DNA of 63,626 nt, filler included, from an uncultured Methanosarcinales archaeon (GTDB taxonomy: Archaea > Nanobdellota > Nanobdellia > Woesearchaeales > CAYNLP01), in NCBI GenBank assembly GCA_964398115.1. It is 4 parts of 4 records of this genome, joined end to end, with 100 filler letters (N's around TTAATTAATTAA, not from the genome) between each part and the next. Parts side by side here need not be neighbours in the genome. Positions count along the whole stretch, not along the records: positions 1 to 17,407 come from CAYNLP010000017.1; positions 17,508 to 34,642 come from CAYNLP010000018.1; 2 more parts are not named here. One strand, 5' to 3'. Shown here one piece after another: positions 10,766 through 19,064 of the stretch. The translations under genes were made by a program, and so were the position numbers. The notes beneath the pieces were generated by a model. The model made no database searches and had not been told where the DNA came from. It saw only the letters and a program-made list of their open reading frames with translations. Position 1 is the first letter of the stretch, and each line of letters begins with the position of its first letter.

Positions 10766-11742
10766 AGTTCTTTAGTCACCTTTTGATCATCTTTTTGGAC
10801 TACTAAATTTGTAGAAATGTTCGCCCTTGCTAATGCGGAGACACTCTCACGGTTATAAATGTTATGGATTGCTTCACCTAAGAGTGGTGCGACGCTCGCC
10901 ACCTTGATTTTACCGTTCGTGTTGATAGGTATTGTGTTGGTCAGGACGACTTCTTCTGCCGGACAGTTCCTGAGTCTTTCAACGGCAGGTCCTGATAGGA
11001 TGCCGTGAGTCGCGCAGATGTACACTTTGTCTGCTCCTTTCTCACTGATGGCTTTTGCCGCGGTGCTAATAGTTCCGCCAGTGTCTATCATGTCATCCAT
11101 TATGATCGCGTCTTTACCTTCCACGTCTCCCAAGACGTGCATGACTTCACTCTCGTTATGTTTGCTACGTCTCTTGTCAATCACGGCGATTGGAGCGTCT
11201 AATAATTTGCCTAGGTGTCTGGCTCTTGCCACTCCACCACTGTCGGGACTGACAATAACTAAGTTACTTAAGTTTTTACTTTCGAAGTAGTCTTGGAATA
11301 CTGGCGCTGCCCAGAGGTCGTCGAGTGGGATGTCGAAAAATCCTTGCTGTTGTCGGCTGTGAATATCTACGGTAAGTACTCGGTCTGCACCTGCTTGTTC
11401 TATCATGTTCGCTACGAGTTTGGCGCTGATCGGTTCTCGTGGTTCAGCCTTCCTATCTTGCCTGGCGTATCCGTAGTGTGGAATCACCACGCTTATACTT
11501 TTAGCGCTTGCTCTCTTTGCCGCGTCTATCATAAGCAATAATTCCATTAAGTTGTCGTTTACTGGTTCGCAAATGCTTTGGATTATGAACACGTCATGAC
11601 CTCTCACACTTTCATTAATCTTAACGTAGTTCTCCCCGTTGGCAAATTTTTTCTTCTCTACTGGAGTTAGTCCAGTTCCTAAATATTTGGCTATTTCATT
11701 AGCTAGTTGCAAATTAGAATTACCTGCTAAAACATGCATCAC
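10762..11742 (-). CDS. prs: Ribose-phosphate pyrophosphokinase (class I-like)
   Basis: FANGE, YGYARQDRK, DIHS.Q.QGFF, SPDSGG, DKRR, DDMIDTGGT. Confidence 0.97.
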   Translation of the reverse strand: MMHVLAGNSNLQLANEIAKYLGTGLTPVEKKKFANGENYVKINESVRGHDVFIIQSICEPVNDNLMELLLMIDAAKRASAKSISVVIPHYGYARQDRKAEPREPISAKLVANMIEQAGADRVLTVDIHSRQQQGFFDIPLDDLWAAPVFQDYFESKNLSNLVIVSPDSGGVARARHLGKLLDAPIAVIDKRRSKHNESEVMHVLGDVEGKDAIIMDDMIDTGGTISTAAKAISEKGADKVYICATHGILSGPAVERLRNCPAEEVVLTNTIPINTNGKIKVASVAPLLGEAIHNIYNRESVSALARANISTNLVVQKDDQKVTKEL

Positions 11743-11818
11743 AGTTATCCCCCCACTTTCTAAAGTATAAGATTTTAGAAAGAGCCTTTACTTATTAAAT
11801 TTTTTGCAAAGAAAGCAT

Positions 11819-12415
11819 TTATCTTTGGGTTCGAGTTGCATCTAAAAGGTCGACCCTGTCTCCCAATGTTAGGGTTGTGGCTCTGTCTAATCTTTCGTTC
11901 CAAAAGTTTAGATCAGTTTCAACCTTTGAAACTTGGCCCGGATTCCTTCGTTTTCCGGTATAGGCTAAGGAGTCAATTGTCAAATAGCCTCGGATACCTG
12001 GAAGCTCATTCGCAACAGTCCGTATAACTTTGGCCTTTACAGCATTGTTGTTTTGTAAGAAGTATTCTAGAAATTCTTGTGTATTTAGGTCATCTGGTAA
12101 TTCTTTATGTAAGTTTAAGACTTCGCCCTCTTCGTCTTCGTTAGTTGTCACTGACATTCCTCTATTGGGATTAACACCTCGATAATCAGATTTTGCTAAT
12201 GCAAAAGGGATAGAGAACGTTGAAACAGGTATTTCATGCCTTTCACTTCCAAGATCTTTATATTCAACATTCCCTGAGAAAGATTGATTGGGATCGATTT
12301 CTAATTTAATGGAGACTTCTGCTTTGTTGAGTGAAAGTGTGTATGGTTCTCCTTGATATAAATTTCTTTGTTGTACTGAGTTGGCGTCTTCTGAATCTGT
12401 TAACTCTATTCTCAT
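11819..12415 (-). CDS. Hypothetical protein
   Basis: 198-aa ORF with no recognisable motif. Confidence 0.6.
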   Translation of the reverse strand: MRIELTDSEDANSVQQRNLYQGEPYTLSLNKAEVSIKLEIDPNQSFSGNVEYKDLGSERHEIPVSTFSIPFALAKSDYRGVNPNRGMSVTTNEDEEGEVLNLHKELPDDLNTQEFLEYFLQNNNAVKAKVIRTVANELPGIRGYLTIDSLAYTGKRRNPGQVSKVETDLNFWNERLDRATTLTLGDRVDLLDATRTQR

Positions 12416-12487
12416 GTGTTGATATCTATGCTAACACTATTTATAATATTTTTGTCTTATAACTACTCTATAATGAAAAAACTTGTT

Positions 12488-13321
12488 TTAAAGCGCTCCG
12501 AGGTTGCCTTCGTCAACAGCGAAGTCATCACCGAGTTCTTCCAAGAAATCTATGAAGATTTCTTCAAAAGGAGCTTCCTGATTCAAATCAATATTTCTCT
12601 GATTATCTAAGTGAAGTAAAGGTATGAAGGTGAAGACTTTGTCATCTTTCGACCCGTCTTCAGGGATTAACCTGCTGAAAGTAAGGGTTTCATCATTTTC
12701 CGAATAATGATTGTAAATCTGTTCGTAAATATCTCTTATCACAACTGAGATGTCAATTTCGTCATCATCCGGCATTTCTACTTCTTCTGCTTCATCAATC
12801 TTTTCCCGCTTTATCCTTTTCATCTCCTTCTCTAGTGCTTTATCCAGAGCTCCTACGAGGTCGTGTACTGAAACTTTCCTCTGCCTAGGCTGCGGCGTCC
12901 TCGGGATCAGGTCACTCTCTTCATCTACGTCTTCTTCCTCTGTATCTTCTTCTGTTTCTTCAACAACTTCGTAAGGTTGAGGCATTTCATCCAATAACTC
13001 TACTGGTTCTTCCGCACCTTCAATCAAGCTATCAAGTGCTTCCATATCTTCCTCAAGTAAGTGATCACTTTTCGTTTTTAGCAACAAAGCTGCGGCGAGA
13101 ACAATCTTACCAGTAATTCTGAAATCCATATCCTGCAAGGTACGAAGCATTTCTAAGAATTTCTCTGCAAGTTTACTAACGTCGATGTCCCACGGGTTCA
13201 TCTGCTCTGTACGGATGAGTTCATAAATTAAATTCTTCCAATTAAGCTCATCCTTTTCGATAAGAATTTCAATAATCTCCTCATTCGCATCACTATTAGT
13301 CATCACTGCTTGCTGGCTCAT
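12488..13321 (-). CDS. scpA: Segregation/condensation protein A (kleisin)
   Basis: MNPWDIDVSKLAEKFL, ITGKIVLAAALLLKTKS, TFIPLLHL...LNQEAPFEEI. Confidence 0.9.
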   Translation of the reverse strand: MSQQAVMTNSDANEEIIEILIEKDELNWKNLIYELIRTEQMNPWDIDVSKLAEKFLEMLRTLQDMDFRITGKIVLAAALLLKTKSDHLLEEDMEALDSLIEGAEEPVELLDEMPQPYEVVEETEEDTEEEDVDEESDLIPRTPQPRQRKVSVHDLVGALDKALEKEMKRIKREKIDEAEEVEMPDDDEIDISVVIRDIYEQIYNHYSENDETLTFSRLIPEDGSKDDKVFTFIPLLHLDNQRNIDLNQEAPFEEIFIDFLEELGDDFAVDEGNLGAL

Positions 13322-13453
13322 AAAGTATAGAAATGTGTATATTAGTTTATAAACGTTTCTGATTACCCGGTGTAAAGATTTGAAACGATAAATATTTATT
13401 GTCTATATTGGAAATAAATATCTTTTTCAACATAACAAACTTTACAATTAACT

Positions 13454-13718
13454 ATGGACTTGTTAGAAATAAAAACTGTAAGAGCATTCTTGGAAAGATT
13501 ACCTACTAGGTTCACGCAAGGAATTCTGATCGGAGGGCCAGGACTTTAGCTAAGAAAGGCTATTCTATAACAGGAGGATTCGTAAAAGCAAAACAATTGA
13601 TGGAAAGCACGAATTCTTCCTAATAGAACACTACTGGAACTACGATCCGATATCTAACACCTATATTGACTTAACAGCCAAACAATTCAACGGAAGACTG
13701 CCTGGGACTAGAAGTTGA
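13454..13718 (+). pseudogene. Frameshifted remnant of a small protein with an HYWN...IDLTAxQF motif
   Basis: Three short consecutive frames: MDLLEIKTVRAFLERLP.., LAKKGYSITGGFVK.. and ..EHYWNYDPISNTYIDLTAKQFNG. Confidence 0.55.
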
Positions 13719-13917
13719 GAAATACTCGTCTGAAAGCCCGGTCAAAACCCAGCTACACACCTATTGAAGAAAATATACCACCCAACGAAATCTTGCATTA
13801 CGAGATAAAAAGGCAGAAACAAATACCCAAATAGAGAGTCTCTCAAATGGTGGATATAAGCTATTTAACAAAGTTCTACAAAGATTTTTATCGTAATACT
13901 TTTAAACGTATATAAAG

Positions 13918-14766
13918 GTGATTAGATGTATGAAAGATTTCAAATCCTCGCTGGTTTACCCATTCCATAACTTGAAACAATATTCGCTTTCAGTAATATA
14001 TCTCGTAATTGCATCCTTTCTGGGATTCGCTGTGCCCTATTTTGTGGTGAGTAAATGGATTGTTACAGGGGGTGGATGGGATGCTGTCTTTGGGATAATA
14101 CTTCTTACACTAATAATATCTGGTTTAATAACACCCTTTCTCTTGTCTTTCTTAATAGCTTACTCATTAGAATCATCGTTGTCGAGTAAAGATTCTTTTC
14201 CACCCTTTTCATCAGTGAAGAACCTTCTTACCACGGGGCTAAGAACAGTGGGTGTCTTATACATATACGGACTTGTGGAGTTATTCCTCATAGTGTTAAG
14301 TCAATTACCTCTCTTCCAAGGAGGTTTGATAGCCTTCTTTGGATTTCTGCATGAAATTCAAGCAGTTTTAGAAGGCTCATCCCTAGGTTCACAGTGGCCT
14401 TGGTTTTTGCTTGCTAACATAATATACCTTGTTATCTTATTCTTCTTAGCGTATCTGCTTTCAGTCTCTTTATATAATGCTCACAGAAAGAAGAAGTTCA
14501 CTGCCGCTTTTAGATGGAGTGAGATGAAAGATTGGGTACTTTCTAAGACTTACTTCAAAAGTTTTAGTGCTTGTTTCCTTTACTTTATAGTTGGCGTCGC
14601 CGCTATGGTTATCGTATCCGCTTGGTTAACATGGCCAACTAAACTCGTGCTTACTGCATTGCTCTCAATCATACTCTTTACTGCTTGGCTTTTCACCTCT
14701 ACTGATTACCTGGGAAGGGCATATAGAGAATTACTTTCTGACAGTGATACAGGAAAGGAGAGTTAG
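13918..14766 (+). CDS. Multi-pass membrane protein (DUF4013-like)
   Basis: SSLVYPF N-terminus, about 6 TM segments, FTAAFRW motif. Confidence 0.6.
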   Translation: MIRCMKDFKSSLVYPFHNLKQYSLSVIYLVIASFLGFAVPYFVVSKWIVTGGGWDAVFGIILLTLIISGLITPFLLSFLIAYSLESSLSSKDSFPPFSSVKNLLTTGLRTVGVLYIYGLVELFLIVLSQLPLFQGGLIAFFGFLHEIQAVLEGSSLGSQWPWFLLANIIYLVILFFLAYLLSVSLYNAHRKKKFTAAFRWSEMKDWVLSKTYFKSFSACFLYFIVGVAAMVIVSAWLTWPTKLVLTALLSIILFTAWLFTSTDYLGRAYRELLSDSDTGKES

Positions 14767-14775
14767 AAAAATAAG

Positions 14776-14894
14776 TGGGCCCGACGGGGTTCGAACCCGC
14801 GACCTCCGCTTTTCTTTGAACGAAGCACGTCCTTATAAGAACGGTGCTTCAGTCCAGGACTAAAAGTCCTGTCTAACCACTAAGCTACGGGCCC
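14776..14894 (-). tRNA. tRNA-Ile(UAU) with two introns (22/23: 14849-14872; 37/38: 14812-14833)
   Basis: Acceptor GGGCCCG/CGGGCCC-A, anticodon stem CCGTT/AGCGG with TAT at 14835-14837, T arm GCGGG-TTCGAAC-CCCGT. Removing the 24-nt and 22-nt inserts gives a 73-nt cloverleaf. Confidence 0.9.
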
Positions 14895-14993
14895 ATACTG
14901 TCCAAAAAAGAGTAGGTATTCTTTTAAATATATTGCGAAAACTTTTCTTCTAAAAACCCAAAAATTATATACGTAAAAATATAAAGGCAAAGT

Positions 14994-15281
14994 ATGGCGA
15001 AAGCAACCTTTAACGGAAAAACACTCGCTGAAAGCGACGACTACGAAATGGTAGAAGGAAACATTTACTTCCCACCTGATTCTGTAAATAAAGAATACTT
15101 GGAAGAAAGCGATCACCACACAACTTGTCCATGGAAAGGAAAAGCAAGCTACTACGACGTAAACGTAGAAGGAGAAAAGATAGAAAACGCGGCCTGGTAC
15201 TACCCACAACCCAAAAGCGAAAAAGCACAACCAATCAAAGACCACGTCGCGTTCTGGAAAGACGTAAAAGTCGAAAAGTAA
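14994..15281 (+). CDS. DUF427 family protein
   Basis: VEGNIYFPP, TTCPWKGKASYY, NAAWYYPQP, IKDHVAFW. Confidence 0.9.
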   Translation: MAKATFNGKTLAESDDYEMVEGNIYFPPDSVNKEYLEESDHHTTCPWKGKASYYDVNVEGEKIENAAWYYPQPKSEKAQPIKDHVAFWKDVKVEK

Positions 15282-15308
15282 ATAAAACCAAAAACTTCTA
15301 ACACTCAC

Positions 15309-15551
15309 ATGGCAGAACTAAACGTAAAAGCACTTGGACTATCACTAGGGATTATCTGGTCAGCGTGCTGCTTCCTCCTAGGACTAACTGCAATGACAGG
15401 GTGGGGGACAAGCATAGTAGCAGCTCTCTCCAGCATATACATCGGCTATGACCCCACAATCCTAGGAAGCATAATAGGAGCAATCTGGGCATTCGCAGAC
15501 GGCTTCATATGCGGCGCATTAATAGCCTGGCTGTACAACAAATTCCAATGA
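15309..15551 (+). CDS. Small 2-TM membrane protein (family often annotated as holin-like)
   Basis: ALGLSLGIIW..YIGYDPTILGSIIGAIWAFADGFICGALIAWLYN. Confidence 0.6.
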   Translation: MAELNVKALGLSLGIIWSACCFLLGLTAMTGWGTSIVAALSSIYIGYDPTILGSIIGAIWAFADGFICGALIAWLYNKFQ

Positions 15552-16532
15552 TACCACCCAAATTAGAAAGAGGGGATGAAGTAAGGATAGTAGCGCCAGC
15601 TAGAAGCCTACAATTCATAAGCGAAAGTTCTAGAGAAATAGCCTTGCAAAGACTCCGAGACATAGGATTGGAAGTAACTTTAGGAGAACATGTTAACGAA
15701 AGCGATATGTTCGACAGTACCACAATAGAAAATAGAGTTGAAGATCTACACGAAGGATTCAGAGATGACAACGTAAAAGCCATACTAACCGTAATCGGCG
15801 GGTTCAACAGCAATCAACTCCTAGATTATCTAGACTACGACCTGATAAGAGAAAACCCAACAATTCTATGTGGCTATTCCGATATTACAGCACTACACAA
15901 CGCAATATATGCCAAAACGGGATTAGTAACATACAGCGGGCCACACCTATCCACTTTCGGTATGAAGAGAGGTTGGAGCTACACACCAAAGTACTGGAAG
16001 AAATGCCTATGGCAAGAAGACAATTACGAAGTAAAACCAAGCGAAGAATGGAGCGACGACGAATGGTACTTCAATCAAGAAGACCGAGAATTCATAGAAA
16101 ACGAAGGCCCCACGATAATAAATGAAGGCGAAGCCGAAGGAACACTTATAGGATCAAACCAGTGCACACTAAACCTGTTACAAGGAACAGAATACATGCC
16201 AACCCTCAAAGACACGATAGTATTTCTCGAAGAAGATGAATGGATAGGAGACACGACCGACGTATGGTTCGACCGAAACCTACAAAGCCTCATACACCAA
16301 CCAAACTTCGACCAAGTACAAGCTATAGCAATAGGAAGATTCCAAAAAAAACAGTGAAATGACCGAAGAAAAAATAAGAAAAATAATAAACTCCAAAAAA
16401 GAATTAGACGACATACCAGTAGTAGCAGGTTTAGACTTTGGACACACAATGCCAATGTTCACCTTCCCTATAGGGGGAAAAGGAAGAATAGAAGCATATG
16501 ATAAAGCGAAACTATATATTGAGGAACACTAA
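15548..16532 (+). pseudogene. S66 family peptidase (LD-carboxypeptidase/MccF-like), frameshifted at an A8 run (16344-16351)
   Basis: GYSDIT (Ser) and FLEED (Glu) in the first frame. DFGHT.P.FTFPIGG (His) continues in another frame to TAA 16532; deleting one A restores a single ORF. Confidence 0.85.
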
Positions 16533-16671
16533 CACTAGAAACAAATCTGCGTCATTCTATATACTTATGTTTCTTAATACAATTAATGGATTTAACATAA
16601 CAAGGATATAAATTAAATATCAAGGAATTGAAAGAAATTGATCGAATTCCCAATAACCTAGAATTTGAAAA

Positions 16672-16773
16672 TGCGGCGGCCGGGATTTGAACCCGGGTCA
16701 CAGCCATGGCAAGGCCGTATATAAGCCAAGCCAAGGAACTTCCTCGGCTTTATAGCCACTATACTACCGCCGC
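16672..16773 (-). tRNA. tRNA-Gly(GCC) with a 30-nt intron at 22/23 (16722-16751)
   Basis: GCGGCGG/CCGCCGC-A acceptor, CGGCC-TTGCCAT-GGCTG anticodon arm, CCGGG-TTCAAAT-CCCGG T arm; the insert forms a BHB motif. Confidence 0.92.
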
Positions 16774-16828
16774 GTCTAATACGAGAAAATAACAACTCTA
16801 TTTATATAATTTACCTCTTAGAAAAAAA

Positions 16829-17206
16829 CTAATCCTCATCGTCGTTTTCTTCCTCATACTTTTTGCCATGCCCCTTCTTACGACTAATAAGGATAAGAGG
16901 ATTCTTAATAATCAAATCATGCTGGCTGACAAACGCTAATAGTACGAGGCCGGAATACATGAACTCTACCATTGCACCCACGGTTTCGTTCTCTAAAATC
17001 CATAGTGAGTAAGCTGAGAAAAACGCTACTAAACTAAATATTTGATACAACAAGAAAATGAAAGAAGCAACAAACAAGTAATCCCAAGGACGCCTCTCAC
17101 TCCTCTTACTAGTTTTTATCAAAAAACGGTAAGCATATAACAAGATAAATATAGCTATGAACAAATTAGTAATCCTCAAAACTCCCCTCAGATATTCAAT
17201 AGCCAT
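16829..17206 (-). CDS. Hypothetical membrane protein (3 TM)
   Basis: Three hydrophobic helices, acidic tail. Confidence 0.65.
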   Translation of the reverse strand: MAIEYLRGVLRITNLFIAIFILLYAYRFLIKTSKRSERRPWDYLFVASFIFLLYQIFSLVAFFSAYSLWILENETVGAMVEFMYSGLVLLAFVSQHDLIIKNPLILISRKKGHGKKYEEENDDED

Positions 17207-17352
17207 CGTTCACAAAAATACTCTAAATACGTATATAAAGTTTTTGTAACAAACCCAGAGTAAAAAATTGTAGAAGCAAATTTTTCAACATAAAAAAAGA
17301 CTTTTTTTTAGAAATCTTTTAATACCCCTAGTTATTTTTCAAAACTCACAAA

Positions 17353-17407
17353 GGGCCCGTGGTCTAGTGGCTATGACGTCTCCCTTACGAGGAGAAGGTC
17401 ACCGGTT
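17353..17407 (+). tRNA. tRNA-Val(UAC), truncated in the T arm by the contig end
   Basis: GGGCCCG-TG-GTCT-AGTGGCTA-TGAC-G-TCTCC-CTTACGA-GGAGA-AGGTC-ACCGG-TT, then Ns. Confidence 0.9.
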
Positions 17408-17507
17408 NNNNNNNNNNNNNNNNNNNNNNNNNNNNNNNNNNNNNNNNNNNNTTAATTAATTAANNNNNNNNNNNNNNNNNNNNNNNNNNNNNNNNNNNNN
17501 NNNNNNN
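17408..17507. other. Artificial contig spacer
   Basis: 100-bp N spacer with central TTAATTAATTAA (stops in all six frames) at 17452-17463. Confidence 0.97.
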
Positions 17508-17732
17508 GGCGACCACGAAACTCTTTTCAGCGAGGTCGACGGTCTCGCACGGGAGTTCGACCTGGCCCTCCAGAACTCCTTACGGGAGGCGGCTAAGGAA
17601 CACCCCGACACCCAGGAGATCGTGGACGGTTGGAGTGAGGTGGGGGGCCGCCTCGACATAGGGAGCGTGGACGCCCTGTTCCACGACGTCGAGGACGGGG
17701 TGGAGAAACTCGCGAAAGCCAGCTCACAGTGA
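17508..17732 (+). CDS. 3' fragment of a high-GC foreign gene
   Basis: Open frame GDHETLFSEVDGLAREFDLALQ...KLAKASSQ*, about 62-63% GC by hand count of two 60-nt lines. Confidence 0.6.
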   Translation, partial: GDHETLFSEVDGLAREFDLALQNSLREAAKEHPDTQEIVDGWSEVGGRLDIGSVDALFHDVEDGVEKLAKASSQ

Positions 17733-17744
17733 CGGGATATCGGT

Positions 17745-18181
17745 TGGGTGAAAACTTTGAAATTGAAGTAAACGCCACCGTTGCAGACCCTGAATTCCAA
17801 GACTCTTCCCTAATAACTTTCAACTCCATAGAACAAAGAATGCAAGGTGAAGAAACAGAAGTCATGGTTACCTTCGCAAGAGACTTGTTGAATAAAAACG
17901 AAGAGTGTCAGGAATTAGAAGAATTATTGAATGAGGCTCAAACCGCAGCTGATAACAACAATTACGATGAAGCTAGAGAAATGCTAAATACCGTTATAAG
18001 TGGATGTCAATACCTAGTTAGTAACACTCAAATACAAAGAGAAGAACCTACCCGGTTCGAACTTGACTTCTTACAAGAATTTAACTGGTTTTACGTTGGA
18101 GCCATTACATTACTGGTAATATTTATCACTACCATTATAGTTATAGAAATGAAAATAAGAAGTGAAAGTGGAGAAAGCTAG
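17745..18181 (+). CDS. C-terminal part of a membrane-anchored protein (5' end missing)
   Basis: Low-GC open frame ending in a TM helix; no credible native start. Confidence 0.55.
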
Positions 18182-18984
18182 TTGGAAGATATTAAGTCAT
18201 AAGCTCTGCTAAGTTGATCATAATATATGTGTTGATTCTCATCAGACATCCTCTCATAAATCCGTGCCAACTCATCATATAAACTTCTTGCTTCACCCGT
18301 TCGACCCGCACGTATTTTCTCATTAAATTCTGTGATTAGTTGATCAAACTTATCAGTTGGTCCTCGGCTCCCTTGCCTTTCAGAAACACTTTCACCCTTG
18401 CTTTCTTCCATCTTTTGTTGATCATCAGATTCAGGGATTTCTTGTTCAGAGTAAACAGTTTGTTCTTCTTGGCTTTTTTCAAAGTCTTCGTCGAAACCTT
18501 CTTCTTCAGCTTCTTTAACAAAAGCTTGTAATGGACCTTCTTCTTTTTCTTCTTCCTCTTCTTTCTTCTCATGCTTAGCCAAGTGTGATTTAATCTTTTT
18601 GACAATCCTATCCCAGAAACCCAGCTCCATAGTTTCTGCATGAACTAAATGTTCAACTCCTTCTTCAAAATCTTTCATCAAACTTTCAATTTCTTGCTTC
18701 GAATAATCAACGTTAGCGAATTCAATTTTCCCCAACTCCCTTATAGCATTTACAACTTTCTGCTTTACATCATCCTCCAAATATACTTTATCAAGTTCAT
18801 CTATCAATTCTTCTCTAGTATATTCGTAATCTTTTTCAGTATAAGCTTTGAAAAAATTTTTAATCAAGTTATAAGCTGCCACAGCACTTGGTCTAGGTTT
18901 TTGAAGTAACCTGTCTATTTTCTTCTTCGTAGCTCGTTTCAGAAGAAGCTTGTCAGTAACGTCCTCACCTCTTTTATCCGACAT
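18178..18984 (-). CDS. Hypothetical protein
   Basis: 268 aa with an acidic low-complexity middle; transcribed divergently from the moxR operon. Confidence 0.7.
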   Translation of the reverse strand: MSDKRGEDVTDKLLLKRATKKKIDRLLQKPRPSAVAAYNLIKNFFKAYTEKDYEYTREELIDELDKVYLEDDVKQKVVNAIRELGKIEFANVDYSKQEIESLMKDFEEGVEHLVHAETMELGFWDRIVKKIKSHLAKHEKKEEEEEKEEGPLQAFVKEAEEEGFDEDFEKSQEEQTVYSEQEIPESDDQQKMEESKGESVSERQGSRGPTDKFDQLITEFNEKIRAGRTGEARSLYDELARIYERMSDENQHIYYDQLSRAYDLISSN

Positions 18985-19064
18985 GTTGTTGAAATTACCG
19001 ATTTCAATATATAAATGTTACGAGGGGGATAAATATTTAAAGAATGAACTACCTGTTAGGTCTT

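Noticed and set aside
15309..15551. Prophage suggested by a holin-like gene between tRNAs
   Set aside because: No integrase, capsid, terminase or att duplication is visible; neighbours are ordinary cellular genes.
16552..16734. Short ORFs overlapping tRNA genes (also 14880-15308)
   Set aside because: They overlap tRNA-Gly or tRNA-Ile and DUF427 and have no protein-like features.
17452..17463. TTAATTAATTAA repeated three times in the window
   Set aside because: Always centred in 100-bp N spacers, so it is an artificial contig linker. Synteny across these points is meaningless.
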